A stretch of 64,000 nucleotides of DNA from a virus. The DNA lies in IMG/VR virus record IMGVR_UViG_3300045988_158973, positions 1-64,000 of that record; one strand, 5' to 3'. Both the position numbers and the translations under genes were made by a program. The notes beneath the pieces are model-generated. The model was not told the DNA's origin and did no database searches. It saw only the letters and a list, made by a program, of their open reading frames with translations. Below, piece after piece: positions 27,986 to 36,404 of this stretch (the stretch's first letter is position 1; each line of letters opens with the position of its first letter).

Positions 27986-29779
27986 TTACTTACCGGAAAT
28001 ATTATAAACTCCGGTTATCGCGTATACTATCTCTGGTATATCTCCGTCTTGATTAAGATATAAACCAAAATCAATCTGACCCACGAGAACGTTTTGATCG
28101 TTCTCAAGGCACAACCCATAGAATGTCCCGGCCGAAAAATCGGTGTAAATCTCCTCCAGCGCTACTTGAAATGTAGCATGGTTATCTATAAGAGACGGAT
28201 TTATAATAGCCTGCCCCGCTACATGAAAGCTATTAGGGGTGCCCGTCTTTAACCAAGTTACAAGCAACACATCAGTACTCTTTATTTCGCGGGAAAGCGT
28301 AATAGTGGTCGTTCCACCCGACGTATTAACTAACGGGCACATGCTTAATGCTTGTTCGTCCCAAGTGGATATTTTCTCGAACGATGTTCCACCCGAGCCA
28401 CCGCCTAATTCTGTCCATTGAATAGTAGTTCCGTTCGTCGAGCCAGAGAAAGTACGGCTACCATCAGCCGTTTGGAGTAGATAGGTGTACGATTTTGTCA
28501 AAGAGTTCTTGATACAATGCCCGTAAAAGGCCGTACGAGTAACGCCCGAAGGTAGTCCAATGGCGTTGGCTAAAGCATATACGATCAAGCCTTGACCTGC
28601 GCTCAAGTTTTGTATGACTACATTCGTTGGGGCTACGAAGTTAGTCACCGTCACTTTTTGCGCCGCTTGACCTACCATGGCGACTCTTACTCCCGTCAGA
28701 TTCACAGCTCCGGTTGTTGCGTTAACAGCGATGCGGTGCATTTCAGCACCAAACGTTGAGCCAGTATCTACCGAAGGACAGGCGAAGACATAGTGATCGG
28801 TTTTACCGCTGTCTTGAGACCGAATAAAGTCTAATTGAATGTAGTCTGCCTGATCGGGGGTACTGAATACTAAGCGGAAGATATCGGCAACCTTAACGAA
28901 TTTCAAATCGCCAGTAGGCACATCCTTGTTTTCGGCGTATGTGAATTCGTACACCGAGGCTTCGATTCCCGTGGGGGTGCCAACAATAGACCAGTTCGTA
29001 TTGTAAATACTCGTAGACTGGTAAGTATACAGATACGAGCGTCTATAAGTATTGATTGAGGTAGAAGTGCCGACATATTTAACCGACAAAGCAGAAACTT
29101 TTACAGCATAACCTACCAACTCCGAACCGGGACCATTAGCAGCGTCAACGGCGCTTGTAAACGTGAACATCTCACCAACGGCAATATCACCAATCGCACC
29201 ATTACTGAAAGTGTTGCGGGTAAAATCAGTAACCGTCAGATATTTCATGGCGCTGCTGCTTCCGGCCCACTCCATCGTTACACCCAGACCGCCCCAATCG
29301 CCAGAAGCGGTCGAGTGAAGTTTCGTGATGATCGCTTCGTCAGTCAGTGTCTGCAGCGTAGGCCATGCCATAGCGACACTGGACGAAGGAATGACTCGGA
29401 TATAATCGTTCGTCAGGTGGAAAATCTGGAGGCCGTTCGTCCCCTGCGTCTCGGCATTCGTGCCCTGAATGATATTTACGATGAATGCCATTTCAGGTTT
29501 CCCGGACGCTCCGGTGGCGGGGTTGCCGGATACGATACGAAGACGGCCAATATTAGCCGCCGCCGTCAGCATCTCGAGCATACTGAGAAGTGTAGTCTTG
29601 TTATCGACGTACTTCAAACGGCTGTTGATAGGCAAATCACCCATATTCGGATTCTGCGAAAACGTCAACGCCGCAATCTGGCTTGTGTTAATCTTGTTGG
29701 ACTCAGAAACCTGAATTTCTTCTTGTCCGCTGGCCGAAGACTTCAGCGTCAACGCAGACATGTCAATAAAAGTAGGCAT
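27986..29779 (-). CDS. putative receptor-binding / adhesin protein with switchable C-terminal tip (597 aa)
   Basis: Intact ORF. The C-terminal 136 aa lie inside the segment bounded by the inverted repeats. No family motif recognised. The function is inferred from the invertible-cassette architecture. Confidence 0.55.
   Translation of the reverse strand: MPTFIDMSALTLKSSASGQEEIQVSESNKINTSQIAALTFSQNPNMGDLPINSRLKYVDNKTTLLSMLEMLTAAANIGRLRIVSGNPATGASGKPEMAFIVNIIQGTNAETQGTNGLQIFHLTNDYIRVIPSSSVAMAWPTLQTLTDEAIITKLHSTASGDWGGLGVTMEWAGSSSAMKYLTVTDFTRNTFSNGAIGDIAVGEMFTFTSAVDAANGPGSELVGYAVKVSALSVKYVGTSTSINTYRRSYLYTYQSTSIYNTNWSIVGTPTGIEASVYEFTYAENKDVPTGDLKFVKVADIFRLVFSTPDQADYIQLDFIRSQDSGKTDHYVFACPSVDTGSTFGAEMHRIAVNATTGAVNLTGVRVAMVGQAAQKVTVTNFVAPTNVVIQNLSAGQGLIVYALANAIGLPSGVTRTAFYGHCIKNSLTKSYTYLLQTADGSRTFSGSTNGTTIQWTELGGGSGGTSFEKISTWDEQALSMCPLVNTSGGTTTITLSREIKSTDVLLVTWLKTGTPNSFHVAGQAIINPSLIDNHATFQVALEEIYTDFSAGTFYGLCLENDQNVLVGQIDFGLYLNQDGDIPEIVYAITGVYNISGK
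28397..28455. repeat. right inverted repeat (IR-R) of invertible segment
   Basis: The reverse complement reads GTACTTTCTCTGGCTCGACGAACGGAACTACTATTCAATGGACAGAATTAGGCGGTGGC, differing from IR-L by 3 transitions. Confidence 0.9.
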
Positions 29780-29801
29780 ATTCTATGATTTTATGAATTT
29801 A

Positions 29802-29809
29802 CAAATTTA
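29802..29809 (-). promoter_or_regulatory. possible Bacteroidota-type -7 promoter box (TAAATTTG)
   Basis: Minus strand TAAATTTG matches TAnnTTTG, 23 nt upstream of the ATG at 29779. No clear -33 TTTG. Confidence 0.3.
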
Positions 29810-29815
29810 TAGTTG

Positions 29816-30340
29816 TCACGCCATTATTTCAACGTGTATTGCAGGCTCGTTGGCGTCAATGGAAACTTTCGGGCTGTCGTACTTCGTATCACCTAACGGC
29901 GTGATAATTTTACGGCACTTTTCTTCTTTGGCCAACGCTTTGGTGAAGTCGCGTGGGTTTTTCATGCGGGTGATCGACAGGTCGATGATGTTGCACTGAC
30001 GGTACAACTCCTCCGTGGTACAATGGAGCGAAACACGTTGCCCCATTGAGGCTTGACGCTCGATTTCAGCTACCATCAGTTTCTCAACCTCAGACCGGGC
30101 CTGCTTTTTGCAGTTATCGTCAAAAACCTTCACAACAGCTGCACCGGGGGCGCGATAACGAATGCGCTTGCCGGCGTACAGGTTGTCGGCCATAGCCTTG
30201 GCCTGTGTTTCGGGGGTGCGCAGCGTGGAGGTAATGACGATATCGGGGTTGTTGGTATTATCGGCGACGCGGCTGATAAGGTCTTTCACCGTGTCGTTAA
30301 TCGCAAACGCCGACTTGTTAGCGTATGTAATATTTGCCAT
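29816..30340 (-). CDS. putative LAS-superfamily (M15-like) zinc peptidase (174 aa)
   Basis: The pattern ITSTLRTPETQ ... SLHC ... IIDLS ... AIHVEI resembles the SGxR...SxH...D...H arrangement of M15 DD-/LD-peptidases. Weak call made by eye. Confidence 0.35.
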   Translation of the reverse strand: MANITYANKSAFAINDTVKDLISRVADNTNNPDIVITSTLRTPETQAKAMADNLYAGKRIRYRAPGAAVVKVFDDNCKKQARSEVEKLMVAEIERQASMGQRVSLHCTTEELYRQCNIIDLSITRMKNPRDFTKALAKEEKCRKIITPLGDTKYDSPKVSIDANEPAIHVEIMA

Positions 30341-30734
30341 ACGGAATTGTGATTTTGAGTGCTTCTACACTGATTGAGTTCGTATTCATCCAATCCAGCA
30401 AGTAGTCCGACTTATCGGCATTGCTTAATTTTACAAAGTCCGCAGGCGTCACGGCGCGTTTCGCCAGGTACTCCTTGAATCCTTGTTCCATGAGGGCAAT
30501 ACGCTGCCCCTCCACGGCTACCTTCTGGAACAACGGCGACAACTCATCGAGAGTGAGAGTTTCCTGAATAGCCTTACGAAATTCCCGTGCGTCAATGTCA
30601 TTCAACATCGGGAATTCGCCGCGGAACGGTATAAGTTCCGACGGGCGTTTACGATCGATGTATCGCGACGCTGCGCCTCCTACAACGGAGGTCGTCAGAT
30701 TGCGCGGTACACCATATTTGCCTTTGCTTTTCAT
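30318..30734 (-). CDS. hypothetical protein (138 aa)
   Basis: Intact co-oriented ORF. No motif recognised. Confidence 0.4.
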   Translation of the reverse strand: MKSKGKYGVPRNLTTSVVGGAASRYIDRKRPSELIPFRGEFPMLNDIDAREFRKAIQETLTLDELSPLFQKVAVEGQRIALMEQGFKEYLAKRAVTPADFVKLSNADKSDYLLDWMNTNSISVEALKITIPYGKYYIR

Positions 30735-30737
30735 GGC

Positions 30738-33119
30738 TTATTTCCTTGTAATTATTTTCGAACGGTTGAACACGATCATGAACGAGTTTCCGCAGTGATT
30801 ACCGTTAGGCTGGATCATGGCGTCATAACCCTTCAACGCAGCGTATACACCCAATACATCGTCACACGATCGTGCGGCTTGATATATTCCGGCATAAATG
30901 TCCTTGTCGGGATTTCCGACGCTGTTGGTAGCCAATTTACGGGCTGCGTTACGCTTTTCTTGATAGACGCGGAAGGCGTCAGCGCGTTCCTTTTGAAGAC
31001 GGTTTACCTCGTCGTCGAGATTATTGACAGCCTCCTTGACAGCTTCTTCGATACGGCCGTAGTGCTCGCGCATGATCCATTCCTTAAACTGGCGGACGGG
31101 ATAGTTGTACGGACGTGAAAAGCCGCTTTTGCGCTTAATAGCGTTATTCTCGTACCGGTAACGCGAGAACAGAAAACGCTCCGTGGTATTCGGCATTTTG
31201 ATGACCAAATCACCACTGCCGTTATTCTTCTCGGTAATGGTACCGCCATTGGCCGTTACCCAGCCGCGGAGGTGGTTGTTCACGAAATCGTCAAATTTCA
31301 TATAGTCCGGGTTGCCGTCATCGTCGATAGCACCCCAGTCGATGATCTGATCAATCTGCAACGGGATGTCCTTGTAGGCAAAGTCGTCCCAATGCATGTT
31401 GGCCTTAACCTGCTTTTCGGTAGTGTCGGTTAGGGTGTTCAGTTCTTGAGACAACTTGTTGTAGTTATCCTCCGCGTCTTGCTGCTCCTTGAGAGCCTTC
31501 TTGGCTGCAGGAGAAGTGGTGAGCGACAGTTTCTGAATTTCATCACGAGCGTCTTGAACGGTAATCACCTTGGCGGAATCATCCAGTACAGCTTCGATGA
31601 CAGCCCCGTTGTAACCAGCGTAACAACGGGCGTTTTTGTAAGACGATGTGTGCTTGTACCCCGACGGCGTTTTATTGGCGTTATCAGAATCGTTGACGTG
31701 GAAATAGATTCCTTCGCCGTAAACGCTTTGCGTACCGTAGAAACACGCGTCGTTGTACTTGAAGTCGTCAGCGTAATATTCCGTATCGCTGCCGCGCGCA
31801 TTAACGCCACGGAACAGATGGTATTTTGACTGCGCCACCTTGGCCCAGAAGGTATTATCACCTACAACGTCAGGACGCACATCGAAACCGCGGGCCTTGC
31901 AAATATTGGACAGCATCTCCCATCCTACCTGATTATTGGTATTGGTTAACTTGTCCGCAGCACTGATTCCGCTGACGCTACTGTAGATTTCCGCCAACTC
32001 ATCATCGGTGAACTCGCGGTACATTTCCGCATCCGGTTTCAGAGTTCGCGGCGCAACCTTTCTTTGCTGGCGTTGCAACTCTACCTCGTACTGTCCTCTG
32101 ATGCGATCAAGGTCTTTGAAACGAGCCTCGATGATAGCACGCATCTTCGGTTTAGAGGCCAATTTACCAGCGTCGAAAAACGCCAACACCTCGTCTTTGC
32201 GTGCCTTTAAGGCGTCAATTTGGTTGATAAAATCCCGCGGCGTAAGGTTAGCTACAATCTGTGGGTTGTAGTGAACCATGCCGTCCCAGTCGATTTGACT
32301 GTTAAAAGGCTTATTGGCGCCTTGTGCTCGGTAGTCGAACGTACCGCCGTTATCCACGCGATAGACTTTGCCGGCGGCGTCAACCAAGCAGTTGTCATTC
32401 TGGTAGATATCCCAGTTGGCCAAAAAGGCATCAACGGCGAAGCCTTTGGCCATAGCGTCATAGTCCTTGGCCTGCGGCTCACTCATACCGCGCATGTACG
32501 GCGAAATAAGCGTCAAATCGGTTCCGTCGTCGTACATTTCATATTCTGGCGTGTCGAGCCCCAAGAGGTCATAAACCTGCGCGGCGTAGTATTCTGCAGC
32601 AACGTGACCGCGATTAGTGTTTTTAGAACTCTTGACGACAAACTCACGCCCTTTAGAGTCCTTCATGAGTTTGGCTCCAGTACTACCGCCGAGGTCCTGC
32701 ACATAGGTGAGGTCTGAAGGATCGGCAGGGAACATCTCGTTCAACTGCTTCTCTTCCTGAGCCAGCATGGCTTTAGAACGAAAGGCTCCTTTTCCAATAG
32801 GTTGGCCGTTGGCGGTCTTGTAAACTCGCCAGTCGTACGTCGTCTTGGCGTTAGGAGTCAGCGTCCAAATGTACACCACGCCATTCACGACCTTGGTCTG
32901 GCCAGGCATGATGGCTTTGGCTATCTCGGGGTCTTGATCGATACCGTGGATGTGGTCATACACCGATTTGGCGACGTACAGGTTGTACGAATAGTCGTCA
33001 GCAAAGTCTTCAGACCGCGCCTTATACGCTTCACACGCCTTCTCCAGTACGGCATCAGATATCTCGCCCTCAGCGTTACGGAGGGCGAAGACATCGAGTG
33101 CTTTTCTGAGTTCATCCAT
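30738..33119 (-). CDS. large two-domain protein: protein-kinase-like domain plus ADP-ribosyltransferase-like domain (793 aa)
   Basis: Kinase-like region, aa ~138-300: Gly loop plus Lys LGGSTGAKLMKDSKGREFVVK, catalytic-loop-like DAFLANWDIYQNDNCLVD, and DxG-like YRVDNGG. ART-like region, aa ~395-525: YHLFRGV ... YGTQSVYGEGIYFHV ... NGAVIEAVL. Confidence 0.5.
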   Translation of the reverse strand: MDELRKALDVFALRNAEGEISDAVLEKACEAYKARSEDFADDYSYNLYVAKSVYDHIHGIDQDPEIAKAIMPGQTKVVNGVVYIWTLTPNAKTTYDWRVYKTANGQPIGKGAFRSKAMLAQEEKQLNEMFPADPSDLTYVQDLGGSTGAKLMKDSKGREFVVKSSKNTNRGHVAAEYYAAQVYDLLGLDTPEYEMYDDGTDLTLISPYMRGMSEPQAKDYDAMAKGFAVDAFLANWDIYQNDNCLVDAAGKVYRVDNGGTFDYRAQGANKPFNSQIDWDGMVHYNPQIVANLTPRDFINQIDALKARKDEVLAFFDAGKLASKPKMRAIIEARFKDLDRIRGQYEVELQRQQRKVAPRTLKPDAEMYREFTDDELAEIYSSVSGISAADKLTNTNNQVGWEMLSNICKARGFDVRPDVVGDNTFWAKVAQSKYHLFRGVNARGSDTEYYADDFKYNDACFYGTQSVYGEGIYFHVNDSDNANKTPSGYKHTSSYKNARCYAGYNGAVIEAVLDDSAKVITVQDARDEIQKLSLTTSPAAKKALKEQQDAEDNYNKLSQELNTLTDTTEKQVKANMHWDDFAYKDIPLQIDQIIDWGAIDDDGNPDYMKFDDFVNNHLRGWVTANGGTITEKNNGSGDLVIKMPNTTERFLFSRYRYENNAIKRKSGFSRPYNYPVRQFKEWIMREHYGRIEEAVKEAVNNLDDEVNRLQKERADAFRVYQEKRNAARKLATNSVGNPDKDIYAGIYQAARSCDDVLGVYAALKGYDAMIQPNGNHCGNSFMIVFNRSKIITRK

Positions 33120-33125
33120 GGCTGG

Positions 33126-34883
33126 CTATTCGAACAACAGGGTTTCTGCCTTTTCGATCGACATTTCATCAACGTGGAGTGCGCCAAGATCAATCTCTTT
33201 GGCCTTCCACGTATCAGGGATCATGTCTTCAGCACCGAGTGTTTTGGCGCGACGCTTGATCCAGCGGCGAGCGCGTTCGGGGTTCTTAGCGTTGCCGGCG
33301 AGGCGGATGGCGTTCTTCAGATCAGACTTGTTGCGGATCGGGAACGAGCCGTCGGGGAGGGCCTCCTTTTTCTTGGCGAGTTTATCGCGCTGCTCTTCGG
33401 TGAAATCGGCCTTTTCGAGCGATTCTGCGCCGTTAAGTAACTGCTCGGCCTTACTGATCGCGTCGGAGGTTTCGATCGGTTGAATGGCCTCATACGCGAG
33501 ACTCTTCGTCAGCGCACGCACGGCACTCTTCTCCCACTCCTTTTGCTTCGCACCGATGAGGTTCGTCCACTCACCGCCCTGTTGGGCCATACGGTTAGAA
33601 CGTTCCGTAGAGCGTTTTTCTGACAGAATGGTACCGAAAGTACGGGTGGTAAACTTGGCGGGATCGATCTTATCCTTATTCTTGACGATCAAATCGAACA
33701 GCTCTTGGCGTTCGGCCTTGTCCTCTTCAGGATCGTCAAGGTGAGGTGCCTGAGGTACGTCCATACTGGCGAATCGGTCTTTTAGTACCTCGATAGTTTC
33801 ATCAACCGTCAGGTACACCTCCGACGAAAGCGTAGCGCGGCTGATGATAGCTTTAGTATCTTCGTTCTTGGCGAGGTTCACCAAGTCCTTGTTGGTCATG
33901 ATGATGATACGTCCCGTGAATACGAAATTCGACTTGACGTCTTCAGGGTCGCCGACGACGCGTTTACCACTGGCGGCAGTAGCTTTCTTCATGATAGAAG
34001 CCAGGTCGGCGCGGGCGATAACGGAATCGGTATCGTCGAACAGCAGAATCTTGCCGTTGTGGGCCTTGAGTACGCCCAACAGCTGCTTCTTGGAGTTGAT
34101 ATCACCAAGTTCAACGTAGTCATAATCGCCGTCGCCAGGGGCGTCGGTCTCAGCGTCAAACGGACGCTTGTTGAGCAGTTCGGCGATCTTCTTGAAACCG
34201 TACGACTTACCAACGCCTGCGCCTCCGGCCGAGATCATGAAGCGTTGCTCCTTGTTGTCCAAGAACTCCAGATACTGGCGGTTCAGGTCGTACATTACCT
34301 CAACGGGCGGCTGGTAGTCGGGGTCCTTACGCTTCATCTTGTAGACGAAACGGTCGTAGGCGATACGGTCTTGGCGGTTCTGGAGTTTGTTGAATTTCTT
34401 CTGAACACGCGGGTCCTCGGGGTTGAGGAACCAGTCTTCCATAATCTCGCCATCGACGTTTTCACCTTCGCCGTCGTTAATATCAACCTTGTCTTGGGCG
34501 TTAGTAGGCGCAACGTCGTCCTGCTTGGAGGTCATCTTCAGCAGCGCGTCGAGTGTACCGGAGGTATCAACAGCCGAAGCGTCGAATTCGTCACGCGTCT
34601 TCAACTCCTCATAGGCGATCTTACGCAACTGCGCGTTGCCCTTGGGGTTGTTTACTACTTTGAGCAGATTGTCTGCGGAGGTACGCTTGGCCCACTCTTC
34701 AAGGCTGGCGGAACCGCCAGCAGAACCCGATTTACCTTCGTCGGCGGCAGGAGCCTTCTTGTTCTTGGCGTTTTTGTCGAGACGCCAGTTAAACTTTCCC
34801 GGCTTGTATTCGGTCCAAACCCACGGCTGTGTAGGGTGGTGGTCGCCGACGTTGTGTTTTGCTTTTTGGATAATGTCTGACAT
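33126..34883 (-). CDS. AAA+/P-loop ATPase (585 aa)
   Basis: Walker A ISAGGAGVGKSYGF, Walker B KILLFDDTD, sensor-like RIIIMTNKD and ISRATL. The C-terminus carries the motif ALPDGSFPIRNKSDLKNAIRLAGNAKNPERARRWIKRRAKTLG. Confidence 0.65.
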   Translation of the reverse strand: MSDIIQKAKHNVGDHHPTQPWVWTEYKPGKFNWRLDKNAKNKKAPAADEGKSGSAGGSASLEEWAKRTSADNLLKVVNNPKGNAQLRKIAYEELKTRDEFDASAVDTSGTLDALLKMTSKQDDVAPTNAQDKVDINDGEGENVDGEIMEDWFLNPEDPRVQKKFNKLQNRQDRIAYDRFVYKMKRKDPDYQPPVEVMYDLNRQYLEFLDNKEQRFMISAGGAGVGKSYGFKKIAELLNKRPFDAETDAPGDGDYDYVELGDINSKKQLLGVLKAHNGKILLFDDTDSVIARADLASIMKKATAASGKRVVGDPEDVKSNFVFTGRIIIMTNKDLVNLAKNEDTKAIISRATLSSEVYLTVDETIEVLKDRFASMDVPQAPHLDDPEEDKAERQELFDLIVKNKDKIDPAKFTTRTFGTILSEKRSTERSNRMAQQGGEWTNLIGAKQKEWEKSAVRALTKSLAYEAIQPIETSDAISKAEQLLNGAESLEKADFTEEQRDKLAKKKEALPDGSFPIRNKSDLKNAIRLAGNAKNPERARRWIKRRAKTLGAEDMIPDTWKAKEIDLGALHVDEMSIEKAETLLFE

Positions 34884-34917
34884 ACGTTGTGCAGTTTTCC
34901 AATAAATACTTGGAATC

Positions 34918-35727
34918 CTACACTTCTACAGCGTCAAAGTCAATATCAAACTTCTTGTACACAATACGCAACTCCGGAACGCCGTTTATGGGTTTCTTCT
35001 TTTCGTCAACACGAGCGTTAAGCGGCCAACGCTTCAAGATAATATCGTGAGCACGCTGTACACGCTCTTGACGCTTGTATACGTCTTGAAGACCGCCGCC
35101 TTGAGTGGCTTCCTTGTTCATTTTGCTCTGGAGAAGGAAACGCACGAACCGCGCATACACGATACCGAGGTACATGCACTTCAACGAATAGTCGATATCA
35201 CACTTCAACTCCAACTTTTCGTCAAAATCCAGTTCCAGCGTGCGTAAGCCTTTGAACACGATGAGGTGAGGGATGCCGCCGTATTTGAAGCGAGGGCTGA
35301 CGTCGGTGCAGTTCCAGTCAAACGCGCTCTTCCCCATGGTCCCGTACTCGAAGTCGGTTTCCATGACTTCGCGGTTGAACTCTTCGAAGAATTCAGCCAA
35401 CTCTTCAGGGGTTTTCAACGAAAGCCCGCATTTGGCTTCGCCGTCAATCGAATAGAAGAAGTTGGCGATATCGTCATCCATGACCACTACCGGGCGCCCC
35501 TCGTGCAGATAGGTGTTCTTACAGAAATTGACTACATAGCTGTAGCCACGATTCGATGCCGGTAGCACGATAAGGCGTTCACGCTCGTGACCCGCTTCGA
35601 CGTATTTCTCGACGTCTTCTTTCTCGACTACGATGTGATAGTCGACGCCGCCCTTTTTCAGCAGTTTGGTCGTGACGCATTTAGGGCGGTTCTTGGACAC
35701 GACGAAGAATTGACAATTCATACTCAA
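34918..35727 (-). CDS. GT-A-like glycosyltransferase, copy 1 (269 aa)
   Basis: Rossmann-like start FFVVSKNRPKCVTT, DxD-type VVVMDDDIANF, and a C-terminal QGGGLQDVYKRQ...RWP. It is a paralogue of 53123..53938 and is reminiscent of TET/JBP-associated glycosyltransferases of phage DNA-modification loci. This was not verified by a search. Confidence 0.5.
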   Translation of the reverse strand: MSMNCQFFVVSKNRPKCVTTKLLKKGGVDYHIVVEKEDVEKYVEAGHERERLIVLPASNRGYSYVVNFCKNTYLHEGRPVVVMDDDIANFFYSIDGEAKCGLSLKTPEELAEFFEEFNREVMETDFEYGTMGKSAFDWNCTDVSPRFKYGGIPHLIVFKGLRTLELDFDEKLELKCDIDYSLKCMYLGIVYARFVRFLLQSKMNKEATQGGGLQDVYKRQERVQRAHDIILKRWPLNARVDEKKKPINGVPELRIVYKKFDIDFDAVEV

Positions 35728-36404
35728 AACGGTAAGTCACCCTCGTACCAAATTTCCTCGGGTGGGTTTTGTTCTATAAAACGTTGATATTTGTTCATCG
35801 TAGGCTCTAACGACGGATAAAAGCGCAGCGCCAGTTCCCACTTAACGTCGAACATATCGCCAACATCAACCCGGCGTTTCATCAACAAACTTTCGCTGCC
35901 GTAGCACTGGACTTGAATCTGGCTACAACCGCGGCGCGTGTACGAATACGGAAAGTCGCGATAGTATTCCGCCCCGGACGCCGTATCATACACCGTATCG
36001 TGCACAAACTGGTTGAAGGGGTTGCCTGCACCCAACGGCGCTAACAGGGTGTATCCGGGGTTGCGGCGCATAAACTTACGCAAATAATCGCGAAGCGTTT
36101 GTTCGGCGAAATTAAGCCCATCAGTCCCGAATTTAGCGCGAAGGTACATATAGACGCTTTCGTAGCTATAATCCCTGTAATGGGTCTTGAAATCGCTGCA
36201 ACGGACATCTTCTAACTCCAAGTCCAGACAGTCCGCGCCGATTCCCAGAAAATCGTACAATTTACGCTGTTCAGCGAGCGACGATGGCGCGTTATCAACA
36301 GTAAGCACCCGAACGTCGTATTCGGGTGCTACTAAAACGTGACAAGCGCTCATCAGGAGATCACCCGCGTGCGGCTCGACACAGAGGTACTTTATTTTTC
36401 CCAT
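35724..36404 (-). CDS. PIG-L/LmbE-like de-N-acetylase (226 aa)
   Basis: N-terminal KYLCVEPHAGDLLMSACHVL resembles the (A/P)HPDD zinc-binding motif of the LmbE/PIG-L family, with a later FVHD. 4-nt overlap with the downstream GT gene. Confidence 0.42.
   Translation of the reverse strand: MGKIKYLCVEPHAGDLLMSACHVLVAPEYDVRVLTVDNAPSSLAEQRKLYDFLGIGADCLDLELEDVRCSDFKTHYRDYSYESVYMYLRAKFGTDGLNFAEQTLRDYLRKFMRRNPGYTLLAPLGAGNPFNQFVHDTVYDTASGAEYYRDFPYSYTRRGCSQIQVQCYGSESLLMKRRVDVGDMFDVKWELALRFYPSLEPTMNKYQRFIEQNPPEEIWYEGDLPF

Noticed and set aside
27522-28455. Diversity-generating retroelement (TR/VR pair) as the explanation for the 59-bp repeats
   Set aside because: The repeats are inverted, not direct. 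The three mismatches are C/T, G/A and C/T transitions rather than adenine-specific substitutions. The repeat lies mid-gene rather than at the extreme C-terminus. No reverse transcriptase is present.
33126-34883. The P-loop protein as the missing 5-hmdU DNA kinase of the thymidine hypermodification pathway
   Set aside because: Its Walker B (LLFDDTD), sensor-like motifs and 585-aa size fit an AAA+ ATPase rather than the small P-loop nucleotide/DNA kinases. There is no supporting evidence.
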